A stretch of DNA of 64,000 nt from the human T2T-CHM13v2.0 reference genome, Homo sapiens. How positions within the stretch are numbered: position 1 is the first letter of the stretch; every line of letters starts with the position of its first letter. Below are positions 39,801-52,900 of this stretch, piece by piece. Where the stretch lies: assembly GCF_009914755.1 (NCBI RefSeq), contig NC_060939.1, one strand, 5' to 3'. Position numbers and translations under genes: made by a program. The notes under the pieces are model-generated. The model worked only from the letters and a program-made list of their open reading frames with translations, had not been told where the DNA came from and did no database searches.

Positions 39801-42800
39801 TCCATTTGATTCTATTCCTTTAGTCTCCATTCAATTCCATTAATCTCCATTCCATTCCATTCTACTCCAACTGATTCCATTCCATTCTATTCCTTTCCAT
39901 TCCATTTCATTCCATTCCATTCCATTTCATTCCATTCCATTCCATTCGCTTCCATTCCATTCGTGTCCATTCCACTCCAGTCCATTCCATTCGTGTCCAT
40001 TCCATTCCAGTCCATTCCATTTGTGTCCACTGCATTCCATTCCACTCCATTCCATATTATTCCGTTACACTGCATTCCATTCTATTACTTTCATTTCCAT
40101 TCAATTCCATTCCATTTGATTCCATTCCACTCGGTTTCATTCCATTTGAGTCCACTCCATTCCATTCCATTCCATTCCATTCCATTCAGTTCCATTCCAT
40201 TCTGTTCCATTCCATTCCGTTCCATTGCATTCCATTCCATTCGGTACCATTCCATATTTTTCCATTCGATTCCATTCGAATCCATTCCATTCCAGTCCAT
40301 TCCATTCGATTCCATTCCATTCCTTTCAATTCCATTCCATTCCATTCCATTCCACTTGATTCCACTCCATTCCCTTCCACTGCATTCCATTCGATTCCAT
40401 TCCATTGCATTGCATTCCATTCCATTGGACTGCATTCCATTCGATTCCATTCCATTCGAATCAATTACATAGCAATCCATTACATTCGAGTCTATTCTAT
40501 TCCGTTCCATTCGATTTCCTTCCAATCCATTCGATTCCATTCCATTCGATTCCATTCCATACTATTGCATTCCATTCTATTACATTATATTCGAATAAGT
40601 TCCATTCAAGACCATTTCTTTTGAGTCCATTCTATTTGAGTCCATTCCCTTTGATTCCATAACATTTGAGTCCATTCAATTCCATTCCTTTCGTTTGCAT
40701 TCCATTTGATGCCATTCCATTCAATTCTGTTCTACTCGACTCCAATACATTCAATTCCATTCCATCCGATTCCATTACATTCTTTTCATTTCTTATCCAT
40801 TTCAAGCCATTGCACTCCATTCCATTCCACCCGTTTCCTTTCCATTCGAGTCCATTCCTCTCCAGTCCATTCCGTTCAATCCATTCCATTCCAGTCCATT
40901 CCATTCGTGTCCGTTCCATTCCAGTCCATTCCATTCGAGTCAATTCCATTCCATTCGATGTCTTTCCATAACGATCCATTCCATTCTATTCCTTTCGATT
41001 CCATTCCATTCTATTTCATTCCATTCGATTCCCTTCCATTGGACTCCTTTCCATTCGAGTGCATTCCATTCCGTTCCATTTCTTTCCGTTCTGTACGATT
41101 CCTACCGTTTGATTTCATTTTGTTCCAGTCCATTCCTTTCGCGTCCATTCCATTCCATTTCACTCCATTCGATTCCATTCCACTCGATTCCACTTCGTTC
41201 CATTTCATTGCATTCCATTCTATTCAACTCTATTGCCTTCCATTCCATTCCATTCGATTACATTCCATGCGATTCCATTCGAAATCGAATCAATTACATT
41301 GCAATCCATTACTATTGAGTCCGTTTTATTCCAGTCCACTGCATTCTGGTCCATTCCATTTGATTCCATTCCATTCTATTCCATTCCATACAGTTGCATT
41401 CCATTGGATTCCATGCTATATCTATAAATTCAATTCGAGACCATTGCTTTTGAGTCCATTCTATATGATTCCATTCCATTCAAATCCATTACATTTGGTT
41501 CAATTCCATTCCATTCCATTCCCTTCCATTCCATTCCATTTGATATCAATCCATTCGATTCCATTCCATTCGAGCACATTCCATTCGAGTCCATTCCATT
41601 CGATGCCATTCCATTTGATTCTATTCCATTAGTCTCCATTCAATTCCATTAATCTCCATTCCATTCCATTCTACTCCAACTGATGCCAATCCATTCTATT
41701 CCTTTCCATTCCATTTCATTCCATTCCATTCCATTTCATTCCATTCCATTCCATTCGTGTCCATTCCACTCCAGTCCATTCCATTCGTGTCCATTCCATT
41801 CCAGTCCATTCCATTTGTGTCCACTGCCTTCCATTCCACTCCATTCCATATTATTCCATTACACTCCATTCCATTCTATTACTTTCATTTCCATTCAATT
41901 CCATTCCATTTGATTCCATTCCACTCGGTTTCATTCCATTTGAGTCCACTCCATTCCATTCCATTCCATTCCATTCAGTTAAATTCCATTCTGTTCCATT
42001 CCATTCCGTTCCATTACATTCCATTCCATTCGGTACCATTCCATATTGTTCCATTCGATTCCATTCAAATCCATTCCATTCCAGTCCATTCCATTCGATT
42101 CCATTCCATTCATTTCAATTCCATTCCATTCCATTCCATTACATTCCACTTGATTCCTCTCCATTCCCTTCCACTGCATTCCGTTCGATTCCATTCCATT
42201 GCATTGCATTCCATTCCATTGGATTGCATTCCATTCGATTCCATTCCATTCGAATCAATTACATAGCAATCCATTACATTCGAGTCTATTCTATTCCGTT
42301 CCATTCGATTTCGTTCCAATCCATTCGATTCCATTCCATTCGATTCCATTCCATACTATTGCATTCCATTCGATTTCATTATATTCGAATAAGTTCCATT
42401 CAAGACCATTTCTTTTGAGTCCATTCTATTTGAGTCCATTCCCTTTGATTCCATAACATTTGAGTCCATTCAATTCCATTCCTTTCGTTTCCATTCCATT
42501 TGATGCCATTCCATTCAATTCTGTTCTACTCGACTCCAATACATTCAATTCCATTCCATCCGATTCCATTACATTCTTTTCATTTCTTATCCATTTCAAG
42601 CCATTCCACTCCATTCCATTCCACTCGTTTCCTTTCCATTCGAGTCCATTCCTCTCCAGTCCATTCCGTTCAATCCATTCCATTCCAGTCCATTCCATTC
42701 GAGTCCGTTCCATTCCAGTCCATTCCATTCGAGTCAATTCCATTCCATTCGATGTCTTTCCATAACGATCCATTCCATTCTATTCCTTTCGATTCCATTC

Positions 42801-43756
42801 CATTCTATTTCATTCCATTCGATTCCCTTCCATTGGACTCCTTTCCATTCGAGTGCATTCCATTCCGTTCCATTTCTTTCCGTTCTGTACGATTCCTACC
42901 GTTCGATTTCATTTTGTTCCAGTCCATTCCTTTCGCGTCCATTCCATTCCATTTCACTCCATTCGATTCCATTCCACTCGATTCCACTTCGTTCCATTTC
43001 ATTGCATTCCATTCTATTCAACTCTATTGCCTTCCATTCCATTCCATTCGATTACATTCCATGCGATTCCATTCGAAATCGAATCAATTACATTGCAATC
43101 CATTACTATTGAGTCCATTTTATTCCAGTCCACTGCATTCTGGTCCATTCCATTTGATTCCATTCCATTCTATTCCATTCCATACAGTTGCATTCCATTG
43201 GATTCCATTCTATATCTATAAATTCAATTCGAGACCATTGCTTTTGAATCCATTCTATATGATTCCATTCCATTCAAGTCCATTACATTTGGTTCAATTC
43301 CATTCCATTCCATTCCCTTCCATTCCATTCCAGTTGATATCAATCCATTCGATTCCATTCCATTCGAGCACATTCCATTTGAGTCCATTCCATTCGATGC
43401 CATTCCATTTGATTCTATTCCATTAGTCTCCATTCAATTCCATTAATCTCCATTCCATTCCATTCTACTCCAACTGATTCCATTCCATTCTATTCCTTTC
43501 CATTCCATTTCATTCCATTCCATTCCATTTCATTCCATTCCATTCCATTCGCTTCCATTCCATTCGTGTCCATTCCACTCCAGTCCATTCCACTCGTGTC
43601 CATTCCATTCCAGTCCATTCCATTTGTGTCCACTGCATTCCATTCCACTCCATTCCATATTATTCCATTACACTCCATTCCATTCTATTACTTTCATTTC
43701 CATTCAATTCCATTCCATTTGATTCCATTCCACTCGGTTTCATTCCATTTGAGTCC

Positions 43757-43956
43757 ACTCCATTCCATTCCATTCCATTCCTTTCAATTCCATTCCATTC
43801 CATTCCACTTGATTCCACTCCATTCCCTTCCACTGCATTCCATTCGATTCCATTCCATTGCATTGCATTCCATTCCATTGGACTGCATTCCATTCGATTC
43901 CATTCCATTGCATTGCATTCCATTCCATTGGACTGCATTCCATTCGATTCCATTCC
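43757..43956 (+). other. Second copy of the deletion + 50-bp duplication variant monomer
   Basis: Same junction at 43782 and same duplication at 43857-43956; unit length 1709 bp. Confidence 0.93.
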
Positions 43957-46900
43957 ATTCGAATCAATTACATAGCAATCCATTACATTCGAGTCTATTC
44001 TATTCCGTTCCATTCGATTTCGTTCCAATCCATTCGATTCCATTCCATTCGATTCCATTCCATACTATTGCATTCCATTCTATCACATTATATTCGAATA
44101 AGTTCCATTCAAGACCATTTCTTTTGAGTCCATTCTATTTGAGTCCATTCCCTTTGATTCCATAACATTTGAGTCCATTCAATTCCATTCCTTTCGTTTG
44201 CATTCCATTTGATGCCATTCCATTCAATTCTGTTCTACTCGACTCCAATACATTCAATTCCATTCCATCCGATTCCATTACATTCTTTTCATTTCTTATC
44301 CATTTCAAGCCATTCCACTCCATTCCATTCCACTCGTTTCCTTTCCATTCGAGTCCATTCCTCTCCAGTCCATTCCGTTCAATCCATTCCATTCCAGTCC
44401 ATTCCATTCGAGTCCGTTCCATTCCAGTCCATTCCATTCGAGTCAATTCCATTCCATTCGATGTCTTTCCATAACGATCCATTCCATTCTATTCCTTTCG
44501 ATTCCATTCCATTCTATTTCATTCCATTCGATTCCCTTCCATTGGACTCCTTTCCATTCGAGTGCATTCCATTCCGTTCCATTTCTTTCCGTTCTGTACG
44601 ATTCCTACCGTTCGATTTCATTTTGTTCCAGTCCATTCCTTTCGCGTCCATTCCATTCCATTTCACTCCATTCGATTCCATTCCACTCGATTCCACTTCG
44701 TTCCATTTCATTGCATTCCATTCTATTCAACTCTATTGCCTTCCATTCCATTCCATTCGATTACATTCCATGCGATTCCATTCGAAATCGAATCAATTAC
44801 ATTGCAATCCATTACTATTGAGTCCGTTTTATTCCAGTCCACTGCATTCTGGTCCATTCCATTTGATTCCATTCCATTTTATTCCCTTCCATACAGTTGC
44901 ATTCCATTGGATTCCATGCTATATCTATAAATTCAATTCGAGACCATTGCTTTTGAGTCCATTCTATATGATTCCATTCCATTCAAGTCCATTACATTTG
45001 GTTCAATTCCATTCCATTCCATTCCCTTCCATTCCATTCCAGTTGATATCAATCCATTCGATTCCATTCCATTAGAGCACATTCCATTCGAGTCCATTCC
45101 TTTCGATGCCATTCCATTTGATTCTATTCCATTAGTCTCCATTCAATTCCATTAATCTCCATTCCATTCCATTCTACTCCAACTGATTCCATTCCATTCT
45201 ATTCCTTTCCATTCCATTTCATTCCATTCCATTCCATTTCATTCCATTCCATTCCATTCGTGTCCATTCCACTCCAGTCCATTCCATTCGTTTCCATTCC
45301 ATTCCAGTCCATTCCATTTGTGTCCACTGCATTCCATTCCACTCCATTCCATATTATTCCATTACACTCCATTCCATTCTATTACTTTCATTTCCATTCA
45401 ATTCCATTCCATTTGATTCCATTCCACTCGGTTTCATTCCATTTGAGTCCACTCCATTCCATTCCATTCCATTCCATTCAGTTCCATTCCATTCTGTTCC
45501 ATTCCATTCCGTTCCATTACATTCCATTCCATTCGTTACCATTCCATATTGTTCCATTCTATTCCATTCGAATCCATTCCATTCCAGTCCATTCCATTCG
45601 ATTCCATTCCATTCATTTCAATTCCATTCCATTCCATTCCATTACATTCCACTTGATTCCTCTCCATTCCCTTCCACTGCATTCCGATCGATTCCATTCC
45701 ATTGCATTGCATTCCATTCCATTGGATTGCATTCCATTCGATTCCATTCCATGCGAATCAATTACATAGCAATCCATTACATTCGAGTCTATTCTATTCC
45801 GTTCCATTCGATTTCGTTCCAATCCATTCGATTCCATTCCATTCGATTCCATTCCATACTATTGCATTCCATTCGATTACATTGTATTCAAATAAGTTCC
45901 ATTCAAGACCATTTCTTTTGAGTCCATTCTATTTGAGTCCATTCCCTTTGATTCCATAACATTTGAGTCCATTCAATTCCATTCCTTTCGTTTCCATTCC
46001 ATTTGATTCCATTCCATTCAATTCTGTTCTACTCGACTCCAATACATTCAATTCCATTCCATCCGATTCCATTACATTCTTTTCATTTCTTATCCATTTC
46101 AAGCCATTCCACTCCACTCCATTCCACTCGTTTCCTTTCCATTCGAGTCCATTCCTCTCCAGTCCATTCCGTTCAATCCATTCCATTCCAGTCCATTCCA
46201 TTCGAGTCCGTTCCATTCCAGTCCATTCCATTCGAGTCAATTCCATCCCATTCGATGTCTTTCCATAACGATCCATTCCATTCTATTCCTTTCGATTCCA
46301 TTCCATTCTATTTCATTCCATTCGATTCCCTTCCATTGGACTCCTTTCCATTCGAGTGCATTCCATTCCGTTCCATTTCTTTCCGTTCTGTACGATTCCT
46401 ACCGTTCGATTTCATTTTGTTCCAGTCCATTCCTTTCGCGTCCATTCCATTCCATTTCACTCCATTCGATTCCATTCCACTCGATTCCACTTCGTTCCAT
46501 TTCATTGCATTCCATTCTATTTAACTCTATTGCCTTCCATTCCATTCCATTCGATTACATTCCATGCGATTCCATTCGAAATCGAATCAATTACATTGCA
46601 ATCCATTACTATTGCGTCCATTTTATTCCAGTCCACTGCATTCTGGTCCATTCCATTTGATTCCATTCCATTCTATTCCATTCCATACAGTTGCATTCCA
46701 TTGGATTCCATTCTATATCTATAAATTCAATTCGAAACCATTGCTTTTGAGTCCATTCTATATGATTCCATTCCATTCAAGTCCATTACATTTGGTTCAA
46801 TTCCATTCCATTCCATTCCCTTCCATTCCATTCCAGTTGATATCAATCCATTCGATTCCATTCCATTCGAGCACATTCCATTCGAGTCCATTCCATTCGA

Positions 46901-49900
46901 TGCCATTCCATTTGATTCTATTCCTTTAGTCTCCATTCAATTCCATTAATCTCCATTCCATTCCATTCTACTCCAACTGATTCCATTCCATTCTATTCCT
47001 TTCCATTCCATTTCATTCCATTCCATTCCATTTCATTCCATTCCATTCCATTCGCTTCCATTCCATTCGTGTCCATTCCACTCCAGTCCATTCCATTCGT
47101 GTCCATTCCATTCCAGTCCATTCCATTTGTGTCCACTGCATTCCATTCCACTCCATTCCATATTATTCCATTACACTGCATTCCATTCTATTACTTTCAT
47201 TTCCATTCAATTCCATTCCATTTGATTCCATTCCACTCGGTTTCATTCCATTTGAGTCCACTCCATTCCATTCCATTCCATTCCATTCCATGCAGTTCCA
47301 TTCCATTCTGTTCCATTCCATTCCGTTCCATTGCATTCCATTCCATTCGGTACCATTCCATATTTTTCCATTCGATTCCATTCGAATCCATTCCATTCCA
47401 GTCCATTCCATTCGATTCCATTCCATTCCTTTCAATTCCATTCCATTCCATTCCATTCCACTTGATTCCACTCCATTCCCTTCCACTGCATTCCATTCGA
47501 TTCCGTTCCATTGCATTGCATTCCATTCCATTGGACTGCATTCCATTCGATTCCATTCCATTCGAATCAATTACATAGCAATCCATTACATTCGAGTCTA
47601 TTCTATTCCGTTCCATTCGATTTCGTTCCAATCCATTCGATTCCATTCCATTCGATTCCATTCCATACTATTGCATTCCATTCTATTACATTATATTCGA
47701 ATAAGTTCCATTCAAGACCATTTCTTTTGAGTCCATTCTATTTGAGTCCATTCCCTTTGATTCCATAACATTTGAGTCCATTCAATTCCATTCCTTTCGT
47801 TTGCATTCCATTTGATGCCATTCCATTCAATTCTGTTCTACTCGACTCCAATACATTCAATTCCATTCCATCCGATTCCATTACATTCTTTTCATTTCTT
47901 ATCCATTTCAAGCCATTGCACTCCATTCCATTCCACCCGTTTCCTTTCCATTCGAGTCCATTCCTCTCCAGTCCATTCCGTTCAATCCATTCCATTCCAG
48001 TCCATTCCATTCGAGTCCGTTCCATTCCAGTCCATTCCATTCGAGTCAATTCCATTCCATTCGATGTCTTTCCATAACGATCCATTCCATTCTATTCCTT
48101 TCGATTCCATTCCATTCTATTTCATTCCATTCGATTCCCTTCCATTGGACTCCTTTCCATTCGAGTGCATTCCATTCCGTTCCATTTCTTTCCGTTCTGT
48201 ACGATTCCTACCGTTTGATTTCATTTTGTTCCAGTCCATTCCTTTCGCGTCCATTCCATTCCATTTCACTCCATTCGATTCCATTCCACTCGATTCCACT
48301 TCGTTCCATTTCATTGCATTCCATTCTATTCAACTCTATTGCCTTCCATTCCATTCCATTCGATTACATTCCATGCGATTCCATTCGAAATCGAATCAAT
48401 TACATTGCAATCCATTACTATTGAGTCCGTTTTATTCCAGTCCACTGCATTCTGGTCCATTCCATTTGATTCCATTCCATTCTATTCCATTCCATACAGT
48501 TGCATTCCATTGGATTCCATGCTATATCTATAAATTCAATTCGAGACCATTGCTTTTGAGTCCATTCTATATGATTCCATTCCATTCAAATCCATTACAT
48601 TTGGTTCAATTCCATTCCATTCCATTCCCTTCCATTCCATTCCATTTGATATCAATCCATTCGATTCCATTCCATTCGAGCACATTCCATTCGAGTCCAT
48701 TCCATTCGATGCCATTCCATTTGATTCTATTCCATTAGTCTCCATTCAATTCCATTAATCTCCATTCCATTCCATTCTACTCCAACTGATGCCAATCCAT
48801 TCTATTCCTTTCCATTCCATTTCATTCCATTCCATTCCATTTCATTCCATTCCATTCCATTCGTGTCCATTCCACTCCAGTCCATTCCATTCGTGTCCAT
48901 TCCATTCCAGTCCATTCCATTTGTGTCCACTGCCTTCCATTCCACTCCATTCCATATTATTCCATTACACTCCATTCCATTCTATTACTTTCATTTCCAT
49001 TCAATTCCATTCCATTTGATTCCATTCCACTCGGTTTCATTCCATTTGAGTCCACTCCATTCCATTCCATTCCATTCCATTCAGTTAAATTCCATTCTGT
49101 TCCATTCCATTCCGTTCCATTACATTCCATTCCATTCGGTACCATTCCATATTGTTCCATTCGATTCCATTCGAATCCATTCCATTCCAGTCCATTCCAT
49201 TCGATTCCATTCCATTCATTTCAATTCCATTCCATTCCATTCCATTACATTCCACTTGATTCCTCTCCATTCCCTTCCACTGCATTCCGTTCGATTCCAT
49301 TCCATTGCATTGCATTCCATTCCATTGGATTGCATTCCATTCGATTCCATTCCATTCGAATCAATTACATAGCAATCCATTACATTCGAGTCTATTCTAT
49401 TCCGTTCCATTCGATTTCGTTCCAATCCATTCGATTCCATTCCATTCGATTCCATTCCATACTATTGCATTCCATTCGATTTCATTATATTCGAATAAGT
49501 TCCATTCAAGACCATTTCTTTTGAGTCCATTCTATTTGAGTCCATTCCCTTTGATTCCATAACATTTGAGTCCATTCAATTCCATTCCTTTCGTTTCCAT
49601 TCCATTTGATGCCATTCCATTCAATTCTGTTCTACTCGACTCCAATACATTCAATTCCATTCCATCCGATTCCATTACATTCTTTTCATTTCTTATCCAT
49701 TTCAAGCCATTCCACTCCATTCCATTCCACTCGTTTCCTTTCCATTCGAGTCCATTCCTCTCCAGTCCATTCCGTTCAATCCATTCCATTCCAGTCCATT
49801 CCATTCGAGTCCGTTCCATTCCAGTCCATTCCATTCGAGTCAATTCCATCCCATTCGATGTCTTTCCATAACGATCCATTCCATTCTATTCCTTTCGATT

Positions 49901-52900
49901 CCATTCCATTCTATTTCATTCCATTCGATTCCCTTCCATTGGACTCCTTTCCATTCGAGTGCATTCCATTCCGTTCCATTTCTTTCCGTTCTGTACGATT
50001 CCTACCGTTCGATTTCATTTTGTTCCAGTCCATTCCTTTCGCGTCCATTCCATTCCATTTCACTCCATTCGATTCCATTCCACTCGATTCCACTTCGTTC
50101 CATTTCATTGCATTCCATTCTATTCAACTCTATTGCCTTCCATTCCATTCCATTCGATTACATTCCATGCGATTCCATTCGAAATCGAATCAATTACATT
50201 GCAATCCATTACTATTGAGTCCATTTTATTCCAGTCCACTGCATTCTGGTCCATTCCATTTGATTCCATTCCATTCTATTCCATTCCATACAGTTGCATT
50301 CCATTGGATTCCATTCTATATCTATAAATTCAATACGAGACCATTGCTTTTGAGTCCATTCTATATGATTCCATTCCTTTCAAGTCCATTACATTTGGTT
50401 CAATTCCATTCCTTTTCATTCCCTTCCATTCCATTCCAGTTGATATCAATCCATTCGATTCCATTCCATTCGAGCACATTCCATTCGAGTCCATTCCATT
50501 CGATGCCATTCCATTTGATTCTATTCCATTAGTCTCCATTCAATTCCATTAATCTCCATTCCATTCCATTCTACTCCAACTGATTCCATTCCATTCTATT
50601 CCTTTCCATTCCATTTCATTCCATTCCATTCCATTTCATTCCATTCCATTCCATTCGCTTCCATTCCATTCGTGTCCATTCCACTCCAGTCCATTCCATT
50701 CGTGTCCATTCCATTCCAGTCCATTCCATTTGTGTCCACTGCATTCCATTCCACTCCATTCCATATTATTCCATTACACTCCATTCCATTCTATTACTTT
50801 CATTTCCATTCAATTCCATTCCATTTGATTCCATTCCACTCGGTTTCATTCCATTTGAGTCCACTCCATTCCATTCCATTCCATTCCATTCAGTTCCATT
50901 CTATTCTGTTCCATTCCATTCCGTTCCATTGCATTCCATTCCATTCGGTACCATTCCATATTGTTCCATTCGATTCCATTCGAATCCATTCCATTCCAGT
51001 CCATTCCATTCGATTCCATTCCATTCCTTTCCATTCCATTCCATTCCATTCCATTCCATTCCACTTGATTCCACTCCATTCCCTTCCACTGCATTCCATT
51101 CGATTCCATTCCATTGCATTGCATTCCATTCCATTGGACTGCATTCCATTCGATTCCATTCCATTCGAATCAATTACTTAGCAATCCATTACATTCGAGT
51201 CTATTCTATTCCGTTCCATTCGATTTCGTTCCAATCCATTCGATTCCATTCCATTCGATTCCATTCCATACTATTGCATTCCATTCGATTACATTATATT
51301 CGAATAAGTTCCATTCAAGACCATTTCTTTTGAGTCCATTCTATTTGAGTCCATTCCCTTTGATTCCATAACATTTGAGTCCATTCAATTCCATTCCTTT
51401 CGTTTCCATTCCATTTGATGCCATTCCATTCAATTCTGTTCTACTCGACTCCAATACATTCAATTCCATTCCATCCGATTCCATTACATTCTTTTAATTT
51501 CTTATCCATTTCAAGCCATTCCACTCCATTCCATTCCACTCGTTTCCTTTCCATTCGAGTCCATTCCTCTCCAGTCCATTCCGTTCAATCCATTCCATTC
51601 CAGTCCATTCCATTCGAGTCCGTTCCATTCCAGTCCATTCCATTCGAGTCAATTCCATCCCATTCGATGTCTTTCCATAACGATCCATTCCATTCTATTC
51701 CTTTCGATTCCATTCCATTCTATTTCATTCCATTCGATTCCCTTCCATTGGACTCCTTTCCATTCGAGTGCATTCCATTCCGTTCCATTTCTTTCCGTTC
51801 TGTACGATTCCTACCGTTCGATTTCATTTTCTTCCAGTCCATTCCTTTCGCGTCCATTCCATTCCATTTCACTCCATTCGATTCCATTCCACTCGATTCC
51901 ACTTCGTTCCATTTCATTGCATTCCATTCTATTCAACTCTATTGCCTTCCATTCCATTCCATTCGATTACATTCCATGCGATTCCATTCGAAATCGAATC
52001 AATTACATTGCAATCCATTACTATTGAGTCCATTTTATTCCAGTCCACTGCATTCTGGTCCATTCCATTTGATTCCATTCCATTCTATTCCATTCCATAC
52101 AGTTGCATTCCATTGGATTCCATTCTATATCTATAAATTCAATACGAGACCATTGCTTTTGAGTCCATTCTATATGATTCCATTCCTTTCAAGTCCATTA
52201 CATTTGGTTCAATTCCATTCCATTCCATTCCCTTCCATTCCATTCCATGTGATATCAATCCATTCGATTCCATTCCATTCGAGCACATTCCATTCGAGTC
52301 CATTCCATTCGATGCCATTCCATTTGATTCTATTCCATTAGTCTCCATTCAATTCCATTAATCTCCATTCCATTCCATTCTACTCCAACTGATTCCATTC
52401 CATTCTATTCCTTTCCATTCCATTTCATTCCATTCCATTCCATTTCATTCCATTCCATTCCAATCGTGTCCATTCCACTCCAGTCCATTCCATTCGTGTC
52501 CATTCCATTCCAGTCCACTCCATTTGTGTCCACTGCATTCCATTCCACTCCATTCCATATTATTCCATTACACTCCATTCCATTCTATTACTTTCATTTC
52601 CATTCAATTCCATTCCATTTGATTCCATTCCACTCGGTTTCATTCCATTTGAGTCCACTCCATTCCATTCCATTCCATTCCATTCAGTTCCATTCCATTC
52701 TGTTCCATTCCATTCCGTTCCATTACATTCCATTCCATTCGGTACCATTCCATATTGTTCCATTCGATTCCATTCGAATCCATTCCATTCCAGTTCATTC
52801 CATTCGATTCCATTCCATTCATTTCAATTCCATTCCATTCCATTCCATTACTTTCCACTTGATTCCTCTCCATTCCCTTCCACTGCATTCCGTTCGATTC

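Larger units (their letters stand above)
31441..40500 (+). repeat. 3-unit (5311 bp) duplication carrying KpnI-loss and EcoRI-gain variants (bounds approximate)
   Basis: Exact 5311 bp offsets: 50-bp duplication 31441/36752, GAATTC 33263/38574, T7 1-bp deletion 33496/38807, KpnI 34932/40243. Confidence 0.9.
35355..49566 (+). repeat. 4-unit (7105-7106 bp) tandem duplication (bounds approximate)
   Basis: Shared ~140-bp deletion (36677/43782), GCCATTGCACTCC and CCACCCG (~40810/47916), CCGTTTGATTTC (~41105/48211), GATGCCAATCC (~41682/48788), CAGTTAAATTCC (~41976/49082). Confidence 0.88.
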
